The notes: generated by a model not told the origin, from the letters alone. A stretch of DNA of 63,585 bases, filler included, from Licmophora abbreviata (GCA_900291995.1; 20 parts of 20 records of this genome joined end to end with filler, not necessarily neighbours in it); one strand, 5' to 3'. Positions 1-11,784 are shown, numbered from the whole stretch's first letter. Program-made: numbers and translations.

Positions 1-2
1 GG

Positions 3-737
3 ACAGGATACTTGCATCGATTGCCACAAGCGTCGAGAGGGACGACAGGATCAAGTGTCGAACGAAAGGTGAGGGTGGTGGCGCAGCATCACCAGCGTGG
101 CGACGCAGCAACCACGGAACCAGCTGCTGCGCACATGGCACCAACTCCACGTGGGCAGCAGCCGACGCCGGAACGACAGCAAGTCATGCTAGAAGTTGAA
201 CCACAGCTGGAAATGGAAGTGGAAGATGAAGATGAAGCGCGACCGGAAGATACCAATAAGACCATTTATCAAGTGGCAGATCATCGTGGCAATGAGACAC
301 GGAAGGAGGCAGTCGTGGAGAGTTTTGGTGTGCAAAAGGAAGAAATCAACGAAACCAGACCGGCGCCTGATGCTGTCAGTGCTGATGATACTAAGCTTCT
401 TGAAAAAGAGGCAGTTGAAGTTGCTGATCCCGCTGCTCAAACGGAGTTGCCGACACTATTGGCCGCACAATCGAGCGACTCGAATGCACAGAGTGAAACC
501 ATGACATCAACACCAACGGTGGAATCACGGTACATGATGACGGCCCCAACGCCGTTTCGGAGCACCTCGACGTATTCGCCCTCCCCTGTTGCCAACGCGG
601 CAGCCTTGTTTGCGGCGGGCCCACCGCCGGGAGTGGATACGAATGCACCACCGTCATCGTCCCTATTGCCTCCTCCACCATTATCATTCTTGTCATCTCA
701 ACAGGAGGCAAACGGCGGAGAAGTGGATCTGAGGTAG
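3..737 (+). CDS. 3' part of a hypothetical low-complexity (acidic, Pro/Ser/Thr-rich) protein, 5'-truncated
   Basis: Frame is open from the window start to the stop at 737. Composition looks disordered; no domain recognised. Confidence 0.55.
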   Translation, partial: TGYLHRLPQASRGTTGSSVERKVRVVAQHHQRGDAATTEPAAAHMAPTPRGQQPTPERQQVMLEVEPQLEMEVEDEDEARPEDTNKTIYQVADHRGNETRKEAVVESFGVQKEEINETRPAPDAVSADDTKLLEKEAVEVADPAAQTELPTLLAAQSSDSNAQSETMTSTPTVESRYMMTAPTPFRSTSTYSPSPVANAAALFAAGPPPGVDTNAPPSSSLLPPPPLSFLSSQQEANGGEVDLR

Positions 738-856
738 TAGAGGGTACACGCGTGGTAGCTCTAGCGAGCACGAAATGCTTTCGCGGAGCATCCATTATTA
801 CAGATTTGAGCGCAGGCCGTTCTGCTACACTACTAAAATGCCTTATGGTTGGACTC

Positions 857-2212
857 TTATTGCTGTTCTTGCAGAAATTCAGTCAACTTTGTCATGGCTT
901 CTTCCAGTTCCTCCATGCTCGTGGCATAACTAATCCGTATCGTCCCAGGCGCTCCGAAACTGGATCCCGGCACCAGAGCCAATTGCTTTTGTTTCAGCAG
1001 TTCCAGGCACAGCTCGGCGTCATCTCCTCCGAAATAATGCGAGACGTCCGGCAAGCAGTAAAATGCTCCCTGTGGCGGTACCGACATTTCAACCTGCGGT
1101 ATTTCCGACAGTCGTTGCAGCACAAAATCACGTTTTCCACGCATCAGCTCAATATTGTCCAGAAGCTCCTCGTCACTGACTTTCGTGAGCGCCGCCACTC
1201 CAGCTGCCTGCGAAATACTTCCAGCACAGGACGTGAGCTGCGATTGAATCGTCGTGATTGCCTTGGCGAGCGGTGTTGGTGCTGCCACGTAGCCCAGTCG
1301 CATCCCTGTCATCGCGTAGGCTTTCGAAAAGCCGTTCACAGTCAGCGTGCGATCAAACATGCCTGGCAAGCTGGCAAACGACGTACACTCTGCATTATCG
1401 GTATACACTAGACGCTCATAGATCTCGTCTGCCAGAATGACAACTTGCGGGTAGTCACGTAGGACGTCGGCCAGTTCCTCCAGTCTCCTCAAACCATGCA
1501 CACCTCCGGTTGGATTGGATGGGTTGCACAATATCAAGCATTTCACATCGGGATTTTGTTCTAGCGCATCTCGCAATGCGCCAGATGTCAATAGGAAGCC
1601 ATCCTCCGCTCGAGTATCGACAACCACTGGCTCGGCCCCGACCAAACGCGCCATTTCCGGATACGATGGCCAGAAGGGTGATGGAATGAGCACTTGGTCT
1701 CCCTGTCCACAAGTGGCCAGTATTCCCTGATAAACACACTGTTTCGCACCATTGCCCACGACAATGTCGGTAAGTGGATTGTATAAGACATTCTTCCGTC
1801 TCTTGAGATCTTCTGCTATTGCCGTTCGTAGTTCAATGGTTCCAGTCACTGCCGTATACTTGGTGTCGCCCTGCACCAGCGCTTCTTTCGCGGCCTCCAG
1901 AACAGCTTCGGGAGGAGGAAAATCAGGCTCTCCGACACAGAGAGAAGTAACACGCGTGCCCTCGCTTTCCATTTGCTTGACAAGGCTAAATATTTCGACA
2001 GTCTTGCTGACTTTGATGTTGGAAAGGAGTGGATTAATGTCGGGAGTAGCGGTAGCAGGAGGTTCTCGTTGTTGGGATGTCGAGTAGCGCACAGACGCCT
2101 GTCGTTGTCGACTGGTGATCTGGAAAGCTGGACATGATCCAACAGAGAGCAATACCAGCAGGTATGCCGTCAGAGGGCAGAAAGAACGGCTCGTCGAACG
2201 CATGATCTTCAT
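857..2212 (-). CDS. Class I/II PLP aminotransferase, probably bifunctional aspartate/prephenate aminotransferase, plastid-targeted
   Basis: Motifs SLCVGEPDF, GNGAKQ, CNPSNPTG, DEIYE and the PLP lysine motif NGFSKAYAMTGMRLGY. N-terminal hydrophobic signal followed by 'CPA-FQIT' (ASAFAP-like). Intronless. Confidence 0.9.
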   Translation of the reverse strand: MKIMRSTSRSFCPLTAYLLVLLSVGSCPAFQITSRQRQASVRYSTSQQREPPATATPDINPLLSNIKVSKTVEIFSLVKQMESEGTRVTSLCVGEPDFPPPEAVLEAAKEALVQGDTKYTAVTGTIELRTAIAEDLKRRKNVLYNPLTDIVVGNGAKQCVYQGILATCGQGDQVLIPSPFWPSYPEMARLVGAEPVVVDTRAEDGFLLTSGALRDALEQNPDVKCLILCNPSNPTGGVHGLRRLEELADVLRDYPQVVILADEIYERLVYTDNAECTSFASLPGMFDRTLTVNGFSKAYAMTGMRLGYVAAPTPLAKAITTIQSQLTSCAGSISQAAGVAALTKVSDEELLDNIELMRGKRDFVLQRLSEIPQVEMSVPPQGAFYCLPDVSHYFGGDDAELCLELLKQKQLALVPGSSFGAPGTIRISYATSMEELEEAMTKLTEFLQEQQ

Positions 2213-2843
2213 GCCTGTTTCAGAAAATCATGACGAACAGACATTGCAAAGCTGGAAGCTACGAGCTCGTATCATAGCTGAGGATGGACGGCTGTTGGCA
2301 AAGCGCGACGGAGCGCCGGGCAGATGAGGAAGTGATTTCAGTCACGCTTTTCACGTCATCATATGTGTCAAGTGTGACTGACGAGAGGCCGGTCGTTGTG
2401 TGATGCTGTATAGCTCCAGGACGACAGTACAACTCGAAGTGTGCAGAGACGACTCTCATCAACTTATAATCTGCGGCCGACGGCGCAAGAGCAGGATAAA
2501 AGAAGATCACTGTAGCATCCGATCGACTGATGGAGCGTGACAAGCGACGATAACGGGGTGTCGTATTTTTGTCCAAAGAAGGTCGCTATGGTAAGTACGT
2601 TTGTCGTACGTCTCCTTGTTTGTGTGCTGACGTGACATTCGGTCTGCCTCAGCCACAAGGTTGAAGTTGGCAGTCACAAAATGGCGGAACGGGTTGAAGC
2701 AAGAAAGGCATCGTTGATCATCATCGTTGAAGCAGCTGCACAAGATGGCACAATCCTCGTCTTTCATTGAATCCCATAATGCTTTTCAACACAAAACTTC
2801 CGAAGAAGCGCAACCAAAAGACCCGAACCACTTCACATCGCCC

Positions 2844-4008
2844 ATGACGTTTTCCTTTTCAGCTCCCACCATTTCGAGAGCCGAGGAACAGCGCGAATCC
2901 GCAGCGCTCAGCGAAGAAGAACGACAGGCAATCCACGATGACTTGTACGGATTATCGACAGAGGAAACTCTCGAAACGGACTCAGCTCATCTTCTCGAGC
3001 AAGCTGTGACTCAGTTTTCCGCAGAACTCAAAGAGATACCGCTCTCCGACAAGGAAGCCTACTCGGAGGCTACCCGTCATTGCCCGAGTCTGGTGCAACG
3101 CGAGTCCTCGCTCCTCAAGCTGATCCGATGCGAGAACTATGATGGCCGAAAGGCGGCATGGCGTATGGTACGCTATTGGTCGATGCGCCAACGCATCTTT
3201 GGCAACAGCCTTGCCTTCCAGCCGTTGACGCTTGCGGGGGCACTCCGGAATGACGACAAGACTTTATCCTCCGGCGTCATTAAACTCCTGCCCAGCGATG
3301 AACATGGACGACCTGCGTTGATTTACGAGCGACATGCTGTAAATGGAAAGCTGTACAGTCGAGACAGTGTGGTACGTTGCGGCTCCCGCTATTCAGTCTA
3401 GCTGTGAGACACTATTCCGTCGTTCTAACGGTCGTCATCACCTTGTCTCGTTCAATACTCTACAGCTTCGCGTTCTATATTATTTCCTTCATATTCTCTC
3501 CGAGTCCCACTCGGAATTCATCATTGTCGCCAACTGCAAGCGCTACTCGCTCCATCACTTTGATCGCAAGCTCTGCTTGTCCAAGTGGAAGATCTTGCGA
3601 GAGTGTTCGCCCATTCGACTGCGGGCCGTACATACATGCGCCACCGCCCACAAGATGACGTACAAATTCGTGTGGCCAGTCGCCCGATACCTCATTGGAC
3701 CTTTTTACCGACCGCGTGTCTTGTTGCATGTGGGGTCGGATGGGGTCTTCCAAGAACAACTCAAACCTTACGGGATATTGGAAGCGAACCTTCCGGCATC
3801 CCTCGGGGGGTTCTACACGGACGCGGACCACGCGGAGTGGTTGAACTGTCGACGTGTTAAGGAACGACGGGATTCCACTGGGATTACTACTTCTTCTTCT
3901 TCAGATGTTGGCAGAAAACGAAAGAATACATGTCCTCCGCTGCCTCGTCGTTGCAGTATTGTACCCGTGCTGGTGGGGCCAATACAAAGACATGATTTGG
4001 ACGACTGA
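2844..4008 (+). CDS. CRAL-TRIO/Sec14-like lipid-binding domain protein; exons 2844-3371 and 3466-4008
   Basis: Motifs 'LIRCENYDGRKAAWRMVRYWSMR', 'PIRLRAVH' and 'LPASLGG'. Intron 3372-3465 (GTACGT...TTCTAAC...TACAG) joins the two ORFs in frame. Confidence 0.75.
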
Positions 4009-4116
4009 GAGCAGAAAACTCAGTCATGCATTTTTGAAACGGCGCTTTAGAAGAGATCGTCATAACTTGTGACATAGAATGCATTTTGATAGACAATGTA
4101 TCACAAACAATATATC

Positions 4117-4216
4117 NNNNNNNNNNNNNNNNNNNNNNNNNNNNNNNNNNNNNNNNNNNNTTAATTAATTAANNNNNNNNNNNNNNNNNNNNNNNNNNNN
4201 NNNNNNNNNNNNNNNN
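4117..4216. other. Artificial 100-bp assembly spacer (44N-TTAATTAATTAA-44N), first of 19
   Basis: Identical spacers start at 4117, 9120, 13442, 20445, 22598, 25370, 28346, 31359, 34203, 37813, 44365, 47175, 50297, 51528, 54138, 55912, 58040, 61105 and 62334. The 12-mer places stops in all six frames. Confidence 0.98.
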
Positions 4217-4487
4217 AAGATTGGGCAACGAACGGCAACGTGGAGAGAGCATCATGTCTTATGACCTCCATTCTGGACTTCGAGCTCGAAAAGATCGTAT
4301 GTATGAGTTGAGCTCGTACTCGAGCTATTTTGAACAGGATTTCGCGCCAGGGACGATAGGATGCGAACCGGAGTGTCAAACGGATTTCGAAAGTATTCCT
4401 TTGTCTCATTCGCCAGACGACGTCGCGTCGTCTCACAAAGTAATCTGTTGACCACGCACCTCCAAGATCAACAAAACAGGCATCGCC

Positions 4488-5372
4488 ATGATTCGCTCGG
4501 GCTTATTCAGTCTCTCGACTCGCTACTGCTATGAAAGCGTGGCTCGTCCAACTTCTGTCGTCCTTTCAGAAAAGCTCATCTCGTCGTTCTTCACCAAACC
4601 CAAAAGACAGACACGAGATGAGGGCCTTGTCCACAAGACCTACTCGGACGCCTTTGATGAAAGTGATTTCTTGGAAGTGGGCAAGCAGCAAGCTCTCTCT
4701 ACGCACCCAAACCTTGCCAAGACGCCTGTTGGAAGAAAGCAGCTGCCGCATCGTGCAACAGATCAGCGATTGCGTCCTCACCCCCTCTCTGCCCCCCTCC
4801 TGGAGGGCTTTGGTGGTTTCTTGTTTTCGCGAGACCCGATCTTCCATCGCAATCCTTTCTTTACAAACAACGATCGCCACATCCTTTGGGACTTTCCCAT
4901 TGACAAGAAGCATGGAACGTTGTTGCGCTCCTCTCCAGGATATGAGATCAAAGAGAGAAAAGGAATGTACGAGATTACTGTGAACGTTCCGAATGGAATT
5001 GTCAATGCATCTGATATGACTGTAGAATTGGAGCATGACGGAAGGGTAATTCATGTTTCCGGCACGAGCACTAGTAAATCACAGAAAGATGGCGCAACGA
5101 GTTCGTCGATGCTTTTTGACACGCGGTTCACGGTCCGTAGCAATGTCGACACAGACAAGATTACAGCTAACTTTGACAAGGGGGTACTCACGCTGAAAGC
5201 TCCAAAGCTGGAACCTGATCGCGTGGAAGCTGCCAAATATACTATTGCCATTACGCAGAATGCACATGCTTCATCGGAAGAGGAAATGATTCAAAAGAGC
5301 TACAGTGATGCTTTTGATGAAAGCGACTGGGCTGAGACTGGAAAGATTGGACACGAGAGGGGGACCCACTAG
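4488..5372 (+). CDS. Small heat-shock protein (HSP20/alpha-crystallin domain), possible mitochondrial presequence
   Basis: 'YEITVNVP...DMTVELEHDGRVIHVSG...FDTRFTV...VDTDKITANFDKGVLTLKAPK' is a typical ACD. N-terminus is Arg/Ser-rich. Confidence 0.85.
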   Translation: MIRSGLFSLSTRYCYESVARPTSVVLSEKLISSFFTKPKRQTRDEGLVHKTYSDAFDESDFLEVGKQQALSTHPNLAKTPVGRKQLPHRATDQRLRPHPLSAPLLEGFGGFLFSRDPIFHRNPFFTNNDRHILWDFPIDKKHGTLLRSSPGYEIKERKGMYEITVNVPNGIVNASDMTVELEHDGRVIHVSGTSTSKSQKDGATSSSMLFDTRFTVRSNVDTDKITANFDKGVLTLKAPKLEPDRVEAAKYTIAITQNAHASSEEEMIQKSYSDAFDESDWAETGKIGHERGTH

Positions 5373-5564
5373 GCAACGAGACTCTCGCCACTCGTTTCTG
5401 CTCCAGTAGATTTGTAAAATCCGTTACATTCAAACACGTTCAAAATGGATAGCTTGCGAGGCTACAAGGTGCTACACGTCGGATGGGGACATTCGCAAGT
5501 TGGCAGGCATTTGCCTCTCCACGCTGATAGCTAAACAGTGCACGATATTTAATCTTTCTAAATC

Positions 5565-8500
5565 CTAAGCATCGTCATCACTTTTCTCCGTCTTCTCGGG
5601 CGGCCAGTGAGCGAGTATGCTAAACACGTGTTTCTCTCCAATGTCCAACCCAGCCAACAGGGCGTCGGCATCCTTGGTCAGGTCGTAGAAGGCGTACGGA
5701 CGATCAGGGTCTGTCCAATCGAACAACTCCTCGTCAATGCCATCCACATTGCAGGCCAGCAGCGGATAAGCGTAGACGGCGCTGGAAACTTGAGGGACAA
5801 ACGTGGAGATGGAAGGCACATCACTGAAACGGATACCTTGGTCCTCGCCTGAAGGCTGTAGTAGTCGAATCAAAACGTCAATGACAAGCAACCAGATACA
5901 GGTGAACAATCCAACAGATCAGACACCGCGTACCTTGTATGTGCTGCGAACGAACCCTTGTAGTCCTTCCACCCATCCCCAAAGAAATTTGAGCGCAACA
6001 ATAGACAAAACGGCCACACTTGTCCATCCGTAGATGTTCGTCACCGTCTCCTGACCCTCTGTCATCCATTCGTCACCTTCCGGTTGGAAGCGCGACAGCG
6101 CTGGAAAGTTGCGTCCTTCCGTCCGATACAAATCTTGAAGGCAGTATCGGTAGGTCGAATCTGAAAGAGACACAATCACCTCTGTTGCATTGCCGGACGA
6201 GGCCGGTGTGATCGTCCAAGTAGAGTTCTCTGAGAAGGATTGCCCATTCAACTCGTCAGCCAACGTGCTGTCGTTTTCTGAGAGACAGGAGAACCACAGA
6301 GAAAGAGGTCAAAAGCAAGTGAGAGACTCTTGTCGCCAGCGAACGATCGAACAAACAAATCACATCTACACTTGCCGCATAGGTTGTCATAGGGGAAGCC
6401 GCTCCAGTAATACGCCGAAACTATCGCCATGGCGACCATGGCTGTACTGAAGAAGTATCGGCGAGAAAACTTGGAGATCCGTGTTCCAAGCTGAGGCGGC
6501 CGTTTCCATGTGCGCATGAGAGCAAATCGATCGGAAAAGTAGTTGACAAAGAGAGTAAATGCGCAGAGGAACAGCGCCCCAGGGAATACTGAGCAGTACC
6601 AGACCGCCAAAAACAGTATCTGAAAGGAAGACGAGTGAAACGGGCGTTAGAGTCGAGTCGAATCGATTCGAACAACCCACTGACTTAATATCTGTAGCTG
6701 TTAGTGTACCTTGGTCATGTTCTGTTCGCGTATGCAGACGGACCAGAAACAAAATGTAAGAATCGAGTCAAACAAGGTCTCATCTCGAGAACCTATCGTG
6801 AATCTATGCTTCGTGAGAATCTTACCGTATATCGCTCGGCGAGTTCAAATTGCTGACCTTGCATCTGTACGTCGATCATCGTTGACAAACAGAAAGAGTG
6901 GTGTTAGAAGGCTGTGTCGCACTCAGACCACATCACGACTGACGACAAATGCCGATGCCAATACTCACCTTTAGATTCATTAGATCCTGCGTCGCTGCTC
7001 GCGGAGCCAAAAAGTGCCTCTCAATGTGCCCTAGGGGATCGAGCAGCTGAATCGCATTCGTCGTGACAATTTCGGCAAAGAAAATGGCGTAAATACTAGT
7101 AATCAAGCCGCCATCTTCAATCGTCTCTGTGAATGGAGTAATAATAGTAATCACAATCGCCGTGTTGACCTACAATACATCGTTGGATCGCAAAGAAAGA
7201 GAGTGTGTCAGAGAAAGGAATCAAACAAAAAAGCCAAATATGAAACGCCGACAATGTGTTTGGAGGAACATACCCAACGGAACGCGGCAATTTTAAAGTA
7301 CAAACTCGTTTGTTTGCTCCCTTCTGCCGCATGCGACTCAAGACTGGTAAGGAACTTTGCAAATAAGGGAAATACACTATTGAAGACAGCAATCGCAATG
7401 GCCGCCACTGCCGCACTCTTGCCGTAAATCAATCGAATGATAAAGGCGATCAATGCAATCGCCGCAACACTCGCCAATGTCGTATAGAAGACTTGCTTCA
7501 GCTTCGCAAACAACTTGACATTCAAATCCTGCCAACGCACAGTGGATGGCTCGTCCGGTTCCTTGATTTGCAAGACAAACTCGTTCCGAAAGAGACAATG
7601 CGGTTCGACTGCAGCCTGTGTATTGCGCGAGGCAGCGAGGGATCCGACGCTCAGCTCCGTCAAGACGCGGCGTTGGGCTTCTTCGGTTTCAAAGGTGACA
7701 AAAACGTTGCTGGCGGGATAGTCCTGCTGCGCCAGTCCCTGCACGCGTGCTGTCAGTACCGTGACGCGGGAAAAGAGTTCCGGAAGGCCAGGAGCCACGA
7801 GGGCAATGAGCTTTTGCAGGAACGTGCGGTCTCGTTCCATCTGTGTGGCTAATCGCGCCAGCGTCAGGGTATCCAATGACGTTCCTGGTTCGAGAATGAG
7901 TTCAATCTTGCGCATGCACTCGCGTCGTTCCAGCAAACTCCGGACGAGGAAGTCATTGTCGAGTGCTACAGTGCAGGCCGTAACATGAATATCCGCACCA
8001 AAGTTCGACTGGAAAAACTCCCTCCATTCCGTCGGGTCGGTGGCATCCGGAGGAGGGTTCGTAAGGACGATGCTGTAGTCTTGTGCAGTCTGTTCATCTT
8101 CGTCAAAGGCGACTTCCATAACCTTTTGATAGTAATTCATGAGAATGATGCCCCCAATGACCAACCACAGTGTCCCATAGGAGATCATTCCCTGTTCCAG
8201 CGTTGCGCCGTCACAGAGATTTCGAAGGGCAACAAGTATCGTCGTACCGCCGTCTGATGTAGCATTTGCAATCCGATGGTCCACAAAGTCGTCTGGATCA
8301 CAGTTGAGGCAGGGCACCCACTCCGTATCGGTACAGATAGCACTGCCCATTACCAATCTCGGCTTGACACCCGCTTGTCGATTGCCATCATACTCATCAC
8401 TGTTGAAGTATAGTATATTGACAAGATTGATCAATCCCGCCACAAGCATGAGGATCGTAATACTCCGGAGCGTACTAAAGTATAGACCAATGCCAACACC

Positions 8501-9087
8501 AAAGTCTCCCATTTGCTGCAGAGGCGTAAAGATGGGACTATAGAGGGTGGTGGGCAGATGCTTTTCGCCAGGTTCGGCACGCTGCAGGTCCTTGTTGGCC
8601 TTGCAAAAGACTTTTCGAAAGGCACGATGCAACACATTCTTTTTCTTGTTGACGTCGTCATCGCTCTTGGTCTCTACAATGTAACGCGGCAGCGCAACGT
8701 GTTCAAAATATGCCCAAGCACGTTCGAGATTGGGCTTACGAATGGTACCTCCTGCCACAAGAGGAGTGCCGGAGCGACTCAATGATTGGTGCCCATTGGT
8801 GGCAAATGTAGCAGCAGGAGCAGGCTTGGTTGCAGTAGCAGTACCTGTAAGAGTGCCACTGCTACTAGGCGTAGCGACCTCGTCCGTTTCTTCCGCCTCC
8901 TCCTTCTGCTCCTGCTTGTTTGGATAGTACCACTTGTACTTCTGCAGTGAGAGTGCAATGCGTCTTGAATACGTCATGGTCGATACATCATCGAGAAGAA
9001 AGTCAATCGCGTCATCGTCTGCCTCCTGGAGCGACTGGAGACTCATACTTTGACGTGCAAGTTCGTACTGATCGAGATCGTCATCGT
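5565..9087 (-). CDS. OSCA/CSC1/TMEM63-like (TMC-related) mechanosensitive channel, 5'-truncated; exons 9087-7274, 7169-6969, 6864-6826, 6721-6710, 6619-6376, 6277-5934, 5855-5565
   Basis: Motifs DYSIVLTNPP, NVFVTFET, PDEPSTVRWQDL, FELAERYT-NMTK-ILFLAVWY and DRFALMRTWKRPP, with many TM segments. Splice sites traced by hand keep the frame. Confidence 0.75.
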
Positions 9088-9329
9088 CTGAAGGGAGGGA
9101 AGGGGAACGACCCCAGATTNNNNNNNNNNNNNNNNNNNNNNNNNNNNNNNNNNNNNNNNNNNNTTAATTAATTAANNNNNNNNNNNNNNNNNNNNNNNNN
9201 NNNNNNNNNNNNNNNNNNNGCAAACTCTGTCGGCAAATCGACTGACTGACAGACTGACGGACTGAAGTCTGAAATCTTTGAAACGCCGACATTCGAAATT
9301 CAGAATTCAACACGACGACGACAGCAACC

Positions 9330-11550
9330 ATGATGCCCAAGAAGATGATCTCTCGCCATGCAGAATTCGTTGTAGCAGTAGCTTGTATCTGGATGCTTCC
9401 TGCTCTACATCTTTCAAAGCACGACCATTTCGCGGAAGCGTTCGTTTCTACTCCTGGCTCACCGCAGAGACGAATATACAAGGATACCTCATCCTTTGCA
9501 CGGTTGGAGACAAGAAACTACAGTGGCAAGAAGGGTTTTTCGACACCATCATCTTCCACTACAAAGAAGAGTCCCAGTACTACTGGAAAGAAGCAGAAGA
9601 AAAACAGGAACAACGCCCTCAAGGGATCTTCTTCGTCCAGGGACGCTACTACTACGTTCCAACACGAACCAAGGTCTCCTACAGCTGCAGAACCTTTGGA
9701 ACCACCATCTATTACTAACACTACTACGAATGCTACAAGTACGACCGCAACGACGCCTCAAAAAGATCCGAACAAAACGCGTGAAGCAATAAAAGACACC
9801 ACTACTGCTAGTAGCTCCAACACAACGATGACGACGTTGACATTACTAGTAGAGCAGCAACAGGAGAAAATTTCTGCAATCGAAAAGGAACGAGATGAGC
9901 TCAAAGTGGTTCTACGGTACCTCGAGGAACGGCGCTCTGAGACAGAGGCAGACACGTTTGTTCGTTTGGAGACAAAGTTACGAAAGGTATTCAACAGTGA
10001 AAAGGAGACTGTCGAAAAGGAACGAGACGATGCAATGAGGCAGCTAAACAAGACGAGGGTTTCGCTGGATGCTGTCTCTACAAAGCGAGACAGTGTTGCT
10101 CGAGAACTAGCGGAGTACAAAGACAACGAAGCCAAGCGGGAACAAACTGTCGACGAGTCGAATACTTCTAGTGAAGCGACGAGCAAGCTGGAGACAGAGG
10201 CCCTCCAAAAGGAGCGTGACGATGCAGTGAGGCTGCTAAACACGACGAGGGACGCATTGGACGCTGTCTCCAACGACCGAGACTTTGTCACCCAAGAACT
10301 AGCGGAGTACAAAGCCAAACAGACAAAGTGGAGAGAGACAGTCGAGGAGTGGAATGCTACGAGTACAGCGGCGCACCATCACGATATGGAAGCTCTTGAA
10401 AAGGAACGAGACGATGCATTAACGCTGCTGAACACAACAAGGGTCACGTTGGAAGATGTCTCCAAAGAGCGAGACGTTTTTGGTCAAGAACTAGCCGAAT
10501 ATAAAGACAAACAGGAGCTGGAAGCGAGCAAGCTGGACAAGACCGTCGATGAGTCTGGTGCTGTTGCAGAAACGAACCAGCACGGTACTGAGATTCTTGA
10601 TCACGATGCCACTGGTGAGCCAAATACAGCAAAGATCGCACAGGAATTTGTCTCCACAGAAGAAGACACTGGTGCTCAAGAATTATCGGAATACGAAGAC
10701 AAACAGGAGCCAGAAGCGAGCAATCCGGACGAGACCATCGATGAGTCCAATGATGCTACGGAAACTACCATACACGGCACGGTTTTAGATGGCGTTGTGC
10801 TTTACTTTGACCAGGGCGAGCAGAACCGAGCGCGAGTGGCCATGTGGAATGAAATGTGTCAACAGCTGTGGAGTTTCAAGGAAGACAATGGTTACATCGC
10901 AGTCCCGCATGATCTGAAAGGACCACTGGCGGTACGGAGTCGAGTGTGTTAACCCTTGTCGTGTTCTTACAATGTCTCATTTCCTGTGCTTGCCTGTATC
11001 TACTGCCTTTCATTGCGCCGCATTATCGATCTTGCATATCAGGAAGTCTATTTGTGGACAGCAACTCAGAGAAAGAGGTATGCCTTGACTCTTGATCCGA
11101 ATGCAGAAAATGAACGAGGACTCGGGCGCCTGACAGAGGAAGAGTACGTAAAGTTGAGGCGCCTTGGGTTTGATTTTGAATGGGAACCAAAAGTCAGACA
11201 AGCAATGGATCGACATTGGGAAATTATGTTTGGGGAGCTGGAAAAGCACAAGAATAGTGGGGGTGACGTCAACCGGGTCCGTCAATGGGAAAATGACGGT
11301 GAAATTAAGAAACTGAATGTGAGTTGTCTCTTTCAACAATTATTGAGATCTCTTCATACGCGTTCTCATATTCACATGCTTGTTCTTTATTCACCAGCCA
11401 CTTTTTGCGTGGCTCGGTTCTCAACACGAAGGCCATCGTGTGCTTCACGACAAACACTATCGAAGCTTCCATGGTCGTAAAGCAATGACGAATGAACAGG
11501 AGTCGAGGCTTCGGGCTCTGGGGGTACAGTTCCGAGACTTTTACTACTAA
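9330..11550 (+). CDS. Protein with signal/transit peptide, coiled-coil tandem repeats and two helicase-associated (HA) domains; exons 9330-10931, 11043-11318, 11398-11550
   Basis: HA-like units 'WNEMCQQLWSFKEDNGYIAVP...WTATQRKRY...LRRLGFDFEW' and 'WEIMFGELEKHK...WLGSQ...RLRALGVQF'. Introns 10932-11042 and 11319-11397 are GT-AG and in frame. Confidence 0.75.
10013..10750 (+). repeat. Coding tandem repeat, ~190-bp (~64-aa) unit x3 plus a partial fourth
   Basis: '(E/Q)KERDDA..LLN.TR..L..VS..RD....ELAEYK' starts at ~10013, ~10207 and ~10398. Partial 'QELSEYEDKQEPEAS...DES' near 10678-10748. Confidence 0.85.
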
Positions 11551-11784
11551 GTGCGTTAGAAGGCAACTAGTATAAACTTAATTCTGATGGCGTCCTACCA
11601 GGTACTGGAACACCCGAAGGACAAAAGATGGGACAGCGCGCCAACATGCATTTGAAAAGTAACTCCGGGATCCCGGCATCGATTTAGGAGCAACGTTCTA
11701 CGGACAGACTCTGAAACGAACGACAGCCCCCGAATCTTCGCGCAGGTTTGCTGCCGAAATTCAGAACTGAGCACAGAGTTGACA

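Noticed and set aside
752..1411. Long antisense ORFs (also 9758-10318, 47880-48749 and 45028-45522)
   Set aside because: They are shadows of well-supported genes on the opposite strand and have no recognisable motifs.
4161..4172. Recurring TTAATTAATTAA as a CRISPR repeat, att site or biological palindrome
   Set aside because: Always centred in exactly 44+44 N and encodes six-frame stops, so it is a pipeline linker.
4221..4451. Short ORF upstream of the sHSP
   Set aside because: It is at a fragment edge, has no recognisable domain, and has no convincing splice link to the sHSP.
9240..9266. GACT/GACA tetranucleotide run; also (CT)n near 25024 and (GTT)n near 54121
   Set aside because: Ordinary short microsatellites, often at contig ends.
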